From assembly GCA_963823665.1 (NCBI GenBank), contig CAWGMQ010000010.1:896001-960000 (forward strand): a stretch of DNA of 64,000 nucleotides, written 5' to 3'. This DNA comes from an uncultured Planctomycetota bacterium. GTDB taxonomy: Bacteria > Planctomycetota > Planctomycetia > Isosphaerales > Isosphaeraceae. Positions 52,801 to 64,000 of this stretch are shown here, piece by piece; positions within the stretch are counted from its first letter, which is position 1, and each line of letters opens with the position of its first letter. The position numbers were made by a program, and so were the translations under genes. Below the pieces are notes generated by a model that saw only the letters and a program-made list of their open reading frames with translations, was not told the origin of the DNA and made no database searches.

Positions 52801-55800
52801 CGGACGTGCCGCCGATCGTATTGCCCGATGCACCGGCGCCGATCACAATGCCGATCTGGTTGGGCGCGGCGGCCGTGCCCGAGGCATTCGTGCCGATATA
52901 GGAACTCTGGACAACGTTGCCCGAGCTTTCGATCAAGATTCCGTCCTGGCTGAAATCGCTGATCACCACTCCGCTGATCTCGCTCCCGGCGGACCCGGCC
53001 GCCAGCACGAGCCCGCTCGCGCTCCCCGTACTCGTGCCATCCAGTTGGATGATCGGCGCGCCCGCGTATCCCGGCTGGGTCGTCGCGTCGAGATCGACCA
53101 CAGCGGTGATGAACGGCAGCGGCGAAAGCGGCGAGATCAATTGCACGCCGCCTCCAGGAATATCGAAGTCGATCGCAAACGGGCCGGACGATAGGTCGGC
53201 GGCCTCGATCGCGGCCCTCAATGAACCGTCGCCCATGTCGGCAGTGGTGGTGACGATGTACGATTCGATGACGTCGAGGTCGAATTGCGTCGGGTTCGTA
53301 ACCGGGCGGAAATTCAGGCTGCTGCTGATCTCAAGGCCGGATTCCGAGCTGAACGCGCCGGTGACCGAGCCGTAGTTGATGATCGGGAAGCTGTTGCCGA
53401 GAACGGGTGTGAATCCACCAAGCAGGGTGACGTCCAGTGCCCCGCCCAGGGTGAGCTGGCCGGTGACGTTGAGCTGGCTGAACCCGCTGCCCGGACTGTA
53501 GCCCCCGACTCCCACGTCGAGCTGGCCGCCTGCTGCTAGCGTGAAATTGCCTTCTATGTTCAGGATGCCGGGATCGGCGACGTTGATCGTTCCCTGGTTG
53601 AGCAGGCTGGTGGTCGTTGTGAACGATGCGCCGTCCGAGAGCTCCAGGGTGCCGCCCGGCGCGATGTACGCGAGCGACGAAAGAGCGGGGAAGCTTGCAC
53701 CCGGTCCGTCCAGGATGATCGTGGCGGCGTCGGTCGCGATATTGCCCCCGGGGAAATTGAGCGTGCTGTCGGCCCCCACGCTCCAGGTGCCGCCCGTCAG
53801 CAGGCCCGGCGTAAAATTCGACGGGGCCGTTTCAAGGTTGATCGTGCCGCCGTTCGTTGCTGCGATTGTGCCTGAGCTGGTCCAGTCGGTGCCGTAGATC
53901 TGTACGCTGCCCCCGCTCGTGTTGGCGTCGATGGTGCCCTCGAGGACGATTGGAGTCTCGGGGCCACCGTGGTCGTATCCGATAACCCCGTCAGTCCCCT
54001 GGACGGTGATGTTCGGCCCGATGGTTAGGGCTCCCGAATCGCCGCCGCTCGAGGCGGTGTTGATCTGGTCGCCTTCGTAGAAGTTGCCGAAGACGATCGA
54101 GCCGGTGCCTGAGAGGGTTTGTGCGCCCTGGAAATTGAGTTCGCTGATTCCGGAGGCGTCAGTGGGTCCGAGGTCGATGGTGCCGTTGAGTGTCAATCCC
54201 TGGGTCACGGTGATGGTGTCCCCGATTGTGGTCATGTCGACGGTGCCGTCGATCGTGACGCCGTCCAGGGTGCCGGCGCCGCCGACCAGGGTGGCGCCAT
54301 TGGTCGTTTCGACGGTGCCGCCATCGATAGTGCCGCCATCCAGAGCGAACTCGAGCGCGGGATCATCAAGACTCAAGGTGTCGCCGTTGTTATCGAGAGT
54401 GCCGTTGAGAAAGACATCGCCGGCCCCGGCAAAGGACGATCCGGGAAGAGTGGAGCCCGTACCCAGGAGGTAAACGCTGGCACCGGCGCCCCCGGAGACC
54501 ACGCCGTCGTCGCTCCAGGTGCCTTCGACAACGGCAAATCCGCCGTTCGTCGCCGCGATCGTCCCCGAGTTGGTCCAGTTGGTGCCGTTCAAGACGAGTT
54601 GGCCGCCGTCGGTGGTCTCGATCGTGCCGGTGTTCGTCCAGCTCGTGCCGATGATCTGAATGTAGCTCGCGCTGGTGCTCGCGTCGATCGTGCCCTCGAG
54701 GACGAGCGGGGTCTCGGTGCCACCGCCGTTATACCCGATGAAGGCCGCAGTCCCGTCGATCGTGATGTTGGGTCCGATGGTGAGGGTGCCCGAATCACCG
54801 CCGCTCGAGGCTGTGTTGATCTCTTCGGGCTCGTAGCCGGCGCCGCCCAGAACGATCAAGCCGGTGCCACCGAGGGTTTGTGCGCCCTGGAAATCGAGTG
54901 TGCTGCTTCCATTCGCGGGGTCAATGGGCCCGAGGTCGAGCGTGCCGTTGAGCGTCAATCCGTCGGTGACGGTGATGGTGTCTCCGTTTTCGTTCTCGTC
55001 GAGGGTGCCGTCGATCGTGACGCCGTCCAGGGCGCCGTCGCCCACCAAGGCAGCGCCGCCCGTCGTTTCGACCGTCCCGCCATCGATCGTGCCGGCATCG
55101 AGCGTGAAGGCCAGTGTGGGGTCATTGAGCGTCAATATCTCTCCGGTGTTGTCGAGCGTGCCCGCAAGATCGATGAGGCCGCTGCCTGCGAAGGACGAAT
55201 CCGAGCCGACGGAGAAGGTTCCCTCAAGATTGACCTGGGAAGTGGAATCGGCGGAGATGACGCCGTTATCGGTCCAGGTGCCGCTCGCGGTGACGTAGCC
55301 GCCACCGGTCGCCTCAATCGTGCCCGAGTTGGTCCAGTTGGTGCCACTTAAGCCGAGTTGGGCGCCGGCGGCGGTGGCTTCGATTGTGCCTGAGTTGGTC
55401 CAGTTTGTTCCGAAGATCTGAATGTAGCTCGCGCTGGAATTCGCGTCGATGGTGCCCTCGAGGACGAGTGGGGTTTCGGTGCCAGGGCCGCTGTCATACC
55501 CGATGGAGGCCGCAGTTCCGTCGATCGTGATGTTGGGTCCGATGGTAAGCGTGCCCGAATCGCCGCCGCTGCTGACTGTGTTGATCCTTTCGGGGTACGA
55601 GCCGTCGCCGCCTAGAACGATCAAGCCGGTGCCACCCAGGGTTTGTGCGCCCTGGAAATCGAGTGTGCTGGTTCCATTCGCGGGGTCAGCGGGCCCGAGG
55701 TAGAGCGTGCCGTTCAAGGTCAATCCGTCGGTGACGGTGATGGAGTGCCCGCCATTGTTCACGTCCAGTGTGCCGTCGATGGTGACGCCGTCCAGGGTGC

Positions 55801-58800
55801 CGCCGGCGAGACTGGCGACCAGGGCGGCGCCGTCCGTCGTTTCGACCGTGCCGCCATCGATCGTGCCGCCAACGACAGCGAAGGAGAACTCGGGGTCATT
55901 GAGAGTCAAGGTCTCACCGGTGTTGTCGAGAGTGCCCTCGAGATAGACATCGCCGGCGCCTGCGAACGACGAACCCGAGTCGACCGAGAAGGTTCCCTGG
56001 AGGTTGATCAAGGAGGTGGAATCCACGGACATGAGGCCATCATCAGTCCAGGTGCCTGAACTTACGACGTAGCCGCCATTGGTGGCCTCGATCGTGCCCG
56101 AGTTGGTCCAGTTGGTGCCACCCAAATCGAGTTGGGCGCCGGCGGCGGTGGCTTCAATTGTGCCTGAGTTGGTCCAGTTTGTTCCCGCGATCAGAATGTA
56201 GCTCGCGCTGGAATTCGCGTCGATGGTGCCCTCGAGAACGAGTGGGGTTCTCGGTGCCAGGGCCGCCGTCATACCCGATGGAGGCCGCATTCCCCTCGAT
56301 CGTGATGTTGGGCCCGATGGTCAGGGTGCCCGAATCGCCGCCGCTTGAGGCTGTGTTGATCGATTCAGCGTAGCTGCCCGAGCCGCCTAGAACGATCATG
56401 CCGGTGCCACCCAGCGTTTGTGCGCCCTGGAAATTGAGTGCGCTGGCTCCATCCGCGGGGTCAGCGGGCCCGAGGTAGAGCGTGCCGTTCAAGGTCAATC
56501 CGTCGGTGACGGTAATGGAGTGCCCGCCATTGTTCACGTCCAGAGTGCCGTCGATGGTGACGCCGTCCAGGGTGCCGCCGGCGAGACTGGCGACCAGGGC
56601 GGCGCCGTCCGTCGTTTCGACCGTGCCGCCATCGATCGTGCCGCCAACGACAGCGAAGGAGAGCTCGGAGTCGTTCAGAAGCAAGGTCTCACCGGTGTTA
56701 TCGAGAGTGCCCTCGAGATAGACATCGCCGGTGCCTGCGAAGGACGAACCCGAGTCGACCGAGAAGGTTCCCTGGAGGTCGATCAAGGAAGTGGAATCCA
56801 CGGACATGAGGCCATCATCAGTCCAGGTGCCTGTCGTTGCGACGTAGCCGCCATTGGTGGCCTCGATCGTGCCCGAGTTGGTCCAGTTGGTGCCACCCAA
56901 GTCGAGTTGGGCGCCGGCGGCGGTGGCTTCGATCGTGCCCGTGTTGGTCCAGTTGGTGCCGTTGAGTTCGATTCCGCCGCCGCTGGCCTCGATCGTGCCC
57001 GAGTTGGTCCAGTTGGTGCCGTAGACCCCTATGCTGCCCCCGCTGATGTTCGAGTCGATGGTGCCCTCAAGGACGAGTGGAGTCTCGGTGCCACCGTTGT
57101 CGGCTCCGATCGAGCCGCTATTCCCCTGAATGGTGATGTTCGGGCCGATGGTGAGGGTGCCCGAGTCACCGCCGCTCGAGGCGGTGTTGATCGCGTTGCC
57201 GGCGGAGCCAAAGACGACCGAGCCGGAGCCGCCCAGGGTCTGTGCGCCTTGGAACACGAGCGTTCCCGATGGGCCACCGGCGACCGGGGCGCCGATGTCG
57301 ATCGTGCCGTTATCAAGTGTCAGTCCGCCGGTGACGTCGAGCGTGGGTTGGTACCCGGCCATGTTGAGGGTGCCATCGAGAGTGACCCCATCCAAGGTGC
57401 CGCCAAGGTAGGTGGCGGAGAGCGCGGCGCCGCCCGTCGTTTCGACCGTGCCGCCATCGATCGTGCCGCCAGCGACAGCGAAGGAGAGTCCAGGGTCATC
57501 GAGAGTCAAAGTCTCGCCGGTGTTGTCGAGAGTGCCCTGGAGATAGACAACGCCGGTACCGGCGAATGAGGCGCTGGATTGGACGGAGAAGGTGCCATTG
57601 AGATAGATGGTGGACGTCGAATCCGCGTTGATGGTGCCGTCATCGGTCCAGTTACCCTCGAGGTAGCCGGTGCTGCCGCTGCTGGCTTCGATTGTGCCTG
57701 AGCTTGTCCAGTTGCCTTCAAGGTACACGGAGCTGCTGTTGCTGGCTTCGATCGTGCCTGTGTTGATCCAGTTGGTGCCGTAGACACGTATGGTGCCCCC
57801 GCTGATGTTCGCGTCGATCGTGCCCTCGAGGACCAGCGGGGTCTCGGTGCCACCGCCGTCATACCCGATGAGGCCCGCAGTCCCGTCGATCGTGATGTTG
57901 GGCCCGATCGTGAGGGTGCCGGAGTCGCCGCCACTGGATTCGGTGTCGATGAAGTTGTCGCCGTCGGAGCCAAAGACGACCGAGCCGGAGCCGCCCAGGG
58001 TCTGTGCGCCCTGGAATGTGAGCGCGCAAATGTGCCGCCGGCGACCTGGCTGCCGAGGTCGATCGTACCGTCATCAAGTGTCAGACTGCCGGTGACGTCG
58101 AGCGTGGAATAGGCCCCGGTCATGTCGAGGGTGCCGTCGAGGGTGACGCCGGCGAGCGTGCCGGCCGAGTTGGGGGCGATGAGCGTGGCGCCGCCCGTCG
58201 TTTCGACCGTGCCGCCATCGATCGCGCCGCCGTCGAGCATGAAGGCCAGTCCGGAGTCATCGAGAGTCAAGGTCTCGCCGGTGTTATCCAGGGTGCCCCT
58301 GAGATACATGACCCCGGTGCCTGCGAACGACGAGCCTGAATCGACGGAGAACGTCCCATCGAGGTAGATCTGCGAGGTCGAATCCACCGAGATGACGCCG
58401 GGATCGATAAAGGAATTCTCGAGATAGGCGGTGCTGCCTGTCGTGGCCTCGATCGTGCCCGCGTTGGTCCAGTTGGTAGGGGAGACATCGAGTGTGGCGC
58501 CGCCGGTGGCCTCGATTGTGCTTGAGTTGGTCAAGTCGGTGCCGGTCAGGCCGAGACTACTGCCGCCAGTGGCTTCGATCGTGCCCGAGTTGGTCCCGGT
58601 GGTGCCATTGAGGCCGAGTTGGGAGCCGGCGGCAGTGGCCTCGATTGTGCCTGAGTTGGTCCAGTTGCTGCTGGTGGCGGTTACAATGCCGCCGTTGGCG
58701 GCTTCGATTGCGCCTGAGTTGGTCCAGTTGGTGCCATTCAAGCCGAGTTGGGCGCCGGCGGCGGTGGCTTCGATCGTGCCGGAGTTGGTCCAGTTTGTTC

Positions 58801-61800
58801 CGTAGATCTGAATGTAGCTCGCGCTGGAATTCGCGTCGATCGTTCCCTCGAGGACGAGCGGGGTCTCGGTGCCACCGCCGTCAGACCCGATGGAGCCCGC
58901 AGTCCCGTCGATCGTGATGTTGGGCCCGATCGTGAGGGTGCCGGAGTCGCCGCCACTGGATTCGGTGTCGATGTAGTTGTCGCCGTCGGAGCCAAAGACG
59001 ACCGAGCCGGAGCCGCCCAGGGTCTGTGCGCCCTGGAATGTGAGCGTGCCAAATGTGCCGCCGGCGACCTGGCTGCCGAGGTCGATCGTACCGTCATCAA
59101 GTGTCAGACCGCCGGTGACGTCGAGCGTGGGATAGGCCACGGTCATGTCGAGGGTGCCGTCGAGGGTGACGCCGGCGAGCGTGCCGCCCGGGTTGGTGGC
59201 GACCAGAGCGGCGCCGCCCGTCGTTTCGACCGTGCCACCATCGATCGCGCCGCCGTCGAGCATGAAGGCCAGTCCGGGGTCATTGAGAGTCAAGGTCTCC
59301 CCGGTGTTATCGAGGGTGCCTCTGAGATTGACTGCGCCGGCTCCGGCGAACGACGAGCCTGAGTCGACCGAGACGGTTCCATCGAGGTAGATCCGGGAGG
59401 TGGCATCCACGGAGACGGCGCCGGGATCGGTAAACGAGCCCTCGAGGTAGCCGACGCCGCCGGTCGTGGCCGCGATCGTGCCCGAGTTGGTCCAGTTGGT
59501 CGGGTAAATATCGAATTCGCCGTCGCCGGCGGCCTCGATTGTGCCTGAGTTGGTCAAGTTGGTGCCGGTCAGGTCGAGAGTGCCGCCGCCAGTGGCCTCG
59601 AGTGTGCCCGAGTTGGTCAAGTTGGTGCCGAAGATCCGTATCAAGCCCCCGCTCACATTGTCATCGATGGTTCCCTCGAGGATCATGGGGTATTCGGTGC
59701 CACCGCCGTCGAGTCCGATGAAGCCGTTCTGGCCTTCGATGGTGATTCCGGAACCGATTGTGAGCGTGCCCGAATCACCGCCCGAGGATGCGGTGTCGAG
59801 CCGATTGTTGTAAGCACTGCCGCCGCCGAAGATGACAGTGCCGGTGCCCCCCAAAGTCTGAGCACCCTGGAACGTGAGGTCGCCAGACGAGCCCGACCCA
59901 TTTCCGATCAAGATCGAGCCATTGCTCAGCGTAAGGCCGCCGGTAACCGCGAGGACGGAACTGTACGTCGCCATGTCGAGGGTGCCGTCGAGCGTGACGC
60001 CTGCGAGCGTGCCGCCGGTCCCGAACAGCGCCGCACCATTGGTGGTGACAATGTCGCCGCTATCGATTTCTCCGCCATCCATCTCGAACGTCAGTGCGGA
60101 ATCGTCTAGGGTCAATGTGCTGCCGGAATTGTCGAGGGTGCCTGAGACCGCGACGGTGCCTGTGCCGGTAAAGGACGCACTCGAGCCGACTGAGAAGGTT
60201 CCCCCGAGGTAAACCGTGGAAGTGGAATCGGCGGAGACGACGCTGTTGTCGGTCCAGGTTCCTTGGGCGAAGACGCTGCCGCCGGAAGTCGCCGTGATCG
60301 TGCCGGAGTTCGTCCAGTTGGAGCCAAGAACCTGGATTTGGCCGCCGCTCACATTGTCATCGATGGTTCCCTCGAGGATCATGGGGTATTCGGTGCCACC
60401 ACCGTCGAGTCCGATGAAGCCGTTCTGGCCTTCGATGGTGATTCCGGAACCGATTGTGAGCGTGCCCGAATCACCGCCCGAGGATGCGGTGTCGAGCCGA
60501 TTGTTGTAAGCATTGCCGCCGCCGAAGATGACAGTGCCGGTGCCCCCCAAAGTCTGAGCACCCTGGAACGTGAGGTCGCCAGACGAGCCCGACCCATTTC
60601 CGATCAAGATCGAGCCATTGCTCAGCGTAAGGCCGCCGGTAACCGCGAGGACGGAACTGTACGTCGCCATGTCGAGGGTGCCGTCGAGCGTGACGCCTGC
60701 GAGCGTGCCGCCGGTCCCGAACAGCGCCGCACCATTGGTGGTGACAATGTCGCCGCTATCGATTTCTCCGCCATCCATCTCGAACGTCAGTGCGGAATCG
60801 TCTAGGGTCAATGTGCTGCCGGAATTGTCGAGGGTGCCTGAGACCGCGACGGTGCCTGTGCCGGTAAAGGACGCACTCGAGCCGACTGAGAAGGTTCCCC
60901 CGAGGTAAACCGTGGAAGTGGAATCGGCGGAGACGACGCTGTTGTCGGTCCAGGTTCCTTCGGCGAAGACGCTGCCGCCGGAAGTGGCCGTGATCGTGCC
61001 CAGATTCGACCAGTTGGTGCCATCCACCTGGATTTGGCCGCCGCTCACATTGTCATCGACGATACCCTGGAGGATCAGCGGGTATTCTGTGCCACCGAAG
61101 TTGAATCCGATGTAGCCGCTCTGGCCTTCGATGGTGATCCCGGAACCGATGGTGAGTTTGCCCGAATCACCGCCGCTGGATGCGGTGATGATCTCATCTG
61201 TGTTTAAGGTGCCGTCGAAGACGACAGTGCCGGTGCCGCCCAAGGTCTGCGCACCTTGGAACGTGAGGTAGCTATAAGTCAAGCCCGCGCTTCCCATCAA
61301 GATCGAGCCATTACTCAGCGTGAGGCCACCGGTGACCGCGAGCTGGGAATTGAACGTCGCCATGTCGAGGGTGCCGTCGAGCGTGACGCCTTCGAGCGTG
61401 CCGCCATAACCGGATCCGAACAGCGCGGCACCATTGGTCGTGACAATGTCGCCGCTGTCGATTGCTCCGCCACCCATCTCGAACGTCAGCGCGGAATCGT
61501 CCAGGGTCAATGTGGTGCCGGAATTGTCGAGGGTGCCAGCGACCGCGACGGTGCCTGTGCCGGTAAAGGACGCACCCGAGCCGACTGAGAAGGTTCCCCC
61601 GAGGTAAACCGTGGAAGTGGAATCGGCGGAGACGACGCTGTTGTCGGTCCAGGTTCCTTGGGCGAAGACGCTGCCGCCGGAAGTGGCCGCGATCGCGCCC
61701 AGGTTCGACCAGTTGGTGCCATCCACCTGGATTTCGCCGCCGCTCACATTGTCATCGATGGTTCCCTGGAGGATCAGCGGGTATGCGCCACCGCTGTCGG

Positions 61801-64000
61801 GTTCGATCGAGCCGCTCTGGCCTTCGATGGTGATTCCGGAACCGATTGTGAGCGTGCCCGAATCACCGCCCGAGGATGCGGTGTCAAGCCGATTGTTGTA
61901 AAGATTGCCGCCGCCGAAGACGATCGTGCCGGTGCCGCCCAGGGTCTGAGCACCCTGGAACGTGAGGTCGCAATAAATCGAGCCCGCGCCATTTCCGATC
62001 AAGATCGAACCATTACTCAGCGTGAGGCCACCGGTGACCGTGAGGCGCGGAATAGTTCGTCGCCATGTCGAGGGTGCCGTCGAGGGTGACGCCATCCAAG
62101 GTGCCGCCACTGTTGGTGGCGAACAGGGCAGCGCCGCCCGTCGTTTCGACCGTGCCGCCATCGATCGTGCCGCCGGCGATACCGAAGGAGAGCTCGGGGT
62201 CGTTGAGAGTCAAGGTCTCCCCGGTGTTATCAAGAGTGCCCTCGAGATCGACAACGCCGGAGCCTGCGAACGATGAGCCCGAGTCAACGGAGACGGTTCC
62301 CCGGAGGTAGCTCACGGAGGTGGAATCCACCGAGACGACGCCGGGATCGGTGAGCGAGCCGGCGAGAACGGCGATGCCGCCGCTCGTGGCCTCGATCGTG
62401 CCCGAGTTGGTCCAGTTGGTGCCGGTGGCGCTGACCATCCCGCCGGTCACCTCGATCGTGCCCGAGTTGGTCCAGTTGGTGCCGTAGAAGTTCAGGTTGC
62501 CGCCGTTCGTGCCCTCGATCGTGCCTGTGTTGATCCAGTTGGTGCCGTGGATCTGGATGGTGCCCCCGCTCAAGTTGGCGTCGATGGTGCCCTCGAAGAC
62601 GAGTGGGGTCAGGGCGCCACCGTTGTTGTACCCGATCGAGCCGCTATCCCCCTGGATGGTGATGTTCGGGCCAATGGTGAGTGTTCCCGAATCGCCGCCG
62701 CTGGAGGCGGATTCGATCTGGTTGTAGCCAGAGCCGAGACTGATCGTGCCGGTGCCGGATAAGGTCTGCGCACCGACGAAAATCAGGGCGCTACCGGTCG
62801 AGCCCATCGCATTTCCGAGCAAGATCGTGCCATCCAGCGTCAAGCCGCCGGTCACCGCGAGCAGGCCATCGTAAGTCGCCATGTCGAGAGTGCCGTCGAT
62901 TGTGACGTCGTCTGCGAGCGTGTTGTAAGGATCGGACACGAAGAGCGCGGCTCCGTTCGTCGTGACAACGCTGCCCCCGTCGATCTCTCCAGAATAGAGC
63001 TCGACCGTCAGTGCGGAATCATTCAGGGTCAACGTTCCGCCGGAGTTGTCGAGTGTGCCACTCAACTGAACGAGGCCCGAGCCGGAGAACGTCGCGCTCG
63101 AGCCGGCTGAGAAGGTTCCAGAGAGGTCGACCATGGAAGAGGAATCGGCGGAGACGACGCCGTTGTCGGTCCACGTGCCGGTCGCGTAGACGGAGCCGCC
63201 GGAAGTGGCTGAAATCGTGCCCGAGTTGGTCCAGTTGGTACCCTCGGCTTGGAGTGTGGCGCCGCCGGTGGCCTCGAGCGTGCCTGTGTTGGTCCAGTTG
63301 GTGCCGAAGATCTGGATATTCCCACCGCTGGTATTCGCGTCGACGACGCCCTGGATGATGAGCGGGGTCTGTGGACCGCCATCGTTGCCCCCGATCCCCC
63401 CGTTGTCACCTTCGATCGTGATGCCCGCGCCGATGGTAAGCGTGCCGGTATCGGCGCCGCCGCTGGATGCGGTATTGATCTGGTTGCTATCGATCAAGCC
63501 GAAGACGACCGTGCCGGTGCCGCCCAAGGTCTGCGAGCCCACGAAATTGAGGATGCCCGTGTTGGGGCTCGATGGGTTTCCGAGGAGAATGCTACCATTT
63601 AATGTCAGCCCGCCGGTCACCGTCAGCTCGGGTGCGTACTCACGGCCGTCGTCGATGGTTCCGTCGATCGTCACGCCGTCTGCGAGTGTGCCATTATTGG
63701 TGATGAAGAGGGTGGCTCCGTTCGTCATGACAACGGTGCCGCCGTCGATCTCTCCATTGTCCAGTGAGACTTCCAGCGCGGAATCGTCGAGGGTCAACGT
63801 GCCGCCGGAATTGTCGATCGTACCTTCCACGAGGACGTTGCCGGTGCCGGCGAACGAGGCATTCGACCCGAGGGAGACGGTACCGCGGAGGACGACTACT
63901 GACGTGGAATCGGCGGAGACGACACCATTATCGGTCCATGAGCCCACGCCTTCCGCGTAGCCGCCGTTCGTTGCGGCGATGGTTCCGGTGCTCGTCCAGT
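34825..64000 (-). CDS. Giant repetitive surface protein/adhesin of more than about 9,700 aa, 5' end outside the window, frameshifts near 62050, 58025, 56250, 50600 and 44295
   Basis: Six overlapping minus-strand ORFs whose repeats and domains run straight across the junctions. At 58025 and 56250 the sister repeats show the exact 1-nt indel. Uniform G/T/S/D-rich composition. Confidence 0.88.
35680..36750 (-). other. S53 (sedolisin/kumamolisin) peptidase domain within the giant protein
   Basis: EESLDVEWAHAIAP (catalytic Glu/Asp), VSMSWG, ASTGDYG (oxyanion Asp), PDVS, GGTSLSAP (Ser) and YNLVTGLGTP. Confidence 0.9.
38110..43700 (-). repeat. Ten full and one partial 537-bp (179-aa) tandem YDG + MBG-like repeats
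   Basis: NYNYSAT recurs every 537 bp from about 38163 to 43534 (11 times); E(E/Q)KTYDGTT occurs 10 times. Confidence 0.93.
44500..45600 (-). other. Metzincin-type zinc metalloprotease domain followed by a PPC-like domain within the giant protein
   Basis: HELGHLSGLEH at 45180-45212 with a downstream HIMASG Met-turn, then TDYYSF..FDTALTIYD..GTYYAMV. Confidence 0.8.
46190..48370 (-). repeat. RTX/hemolysin-type nonapeptide repeats (GGxGNDxxx) with an 81-bp super-period
   Basis: 22 successive GGSGNDIIY-type units spaced 81 bp apart from about 47994 to 46293, each followed by two other nonapeptides. Confidence 0.93.
48600..51150 (-). other. PKD/Ig-like domains and an FG-GAP (integrin-alpha-like) propeller within the giant protein
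   Basis: WTFGDG, IDWGDG and INWGDG PKD motifs; repeated FG.AVA..G..V.IG.P..GA.YL(F/Y) blades. Confidence 0.8.
51500..53260 (-). other. Right-handed parallel beta-helix region within the giant protein
   Basis: VTTTADMGDGSLRAAI followed by repeated N.IGT..G and TIGGT...GNVISGN units. Confidence 0.85.
53850..64000 (-). repeat. At least 13 copies of a G/T-rich repeat of about 232 aa or more (marker SSGGDSGTLTIG)
   Basis: The marker occurs 13 times between about 54040 and 63460; adjacent near-identical copies are spaced 696-699 bp apart. Confidence 0.9.

Noticed and set aside
44229..63947. Six separate adhesin genes or programmed phase variation
   Set aside because: Breaks fall mid-domain with no RBS or signal peptides and no long homopolymer tracts, and similar indels hit ordinary genes.

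Overview
High-GC bacterial DNA that looks like Planctomycetota, probably Isosphaeraceae-like. The evidence is a DUF1501 plus DUF1549/DUF1553 pair, a TIGR03067-type protein, an 'ECLEDRRLLA' export motif, sulfatases and an ECF sigma factor beside Ser/Thr kinases. Many single genes are broken by 1-2 nt indels, often in GCGC runs, which points to uncorrected long-read errors. The right half (34825-64000, minus strand, running off the window) is best read as one giant surface-protein gene of more than about 9,700 codons, split by 5 frameshifts. It carries 13 beta-helix-like repeats, PKD, FG-GAP and Ig modules, about 67 RTX nonapeptides with a strict 27-aa super-period, a metzincin motif, ten 537-bp YDG/MBG repeats, an S53 protease domain and a C-terminal hydrophobic-plus-basic tail. 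Tightly coupled downstream are a GT4 glycosyltransferase, a kinase, an ECF sigma factor and a second kinase. The left half holds a ClC channel, a MarR/VOC/FAD-monooxygenase set with a duplicated promoter and an HTH-less MarR relic, and five small 'RLRTLM' membrane paralogs. It also holds an FGE-sulfatase pair, tandem ClpX-zinc-finger/sigma-region-4 fusions, a three-gene chimeric pseudogene and several REP-like hairpin families. No rRNA, tRNA, CRISPR array or transposase was recognised. All family calls come from reading motifs by eye, not from database searches.
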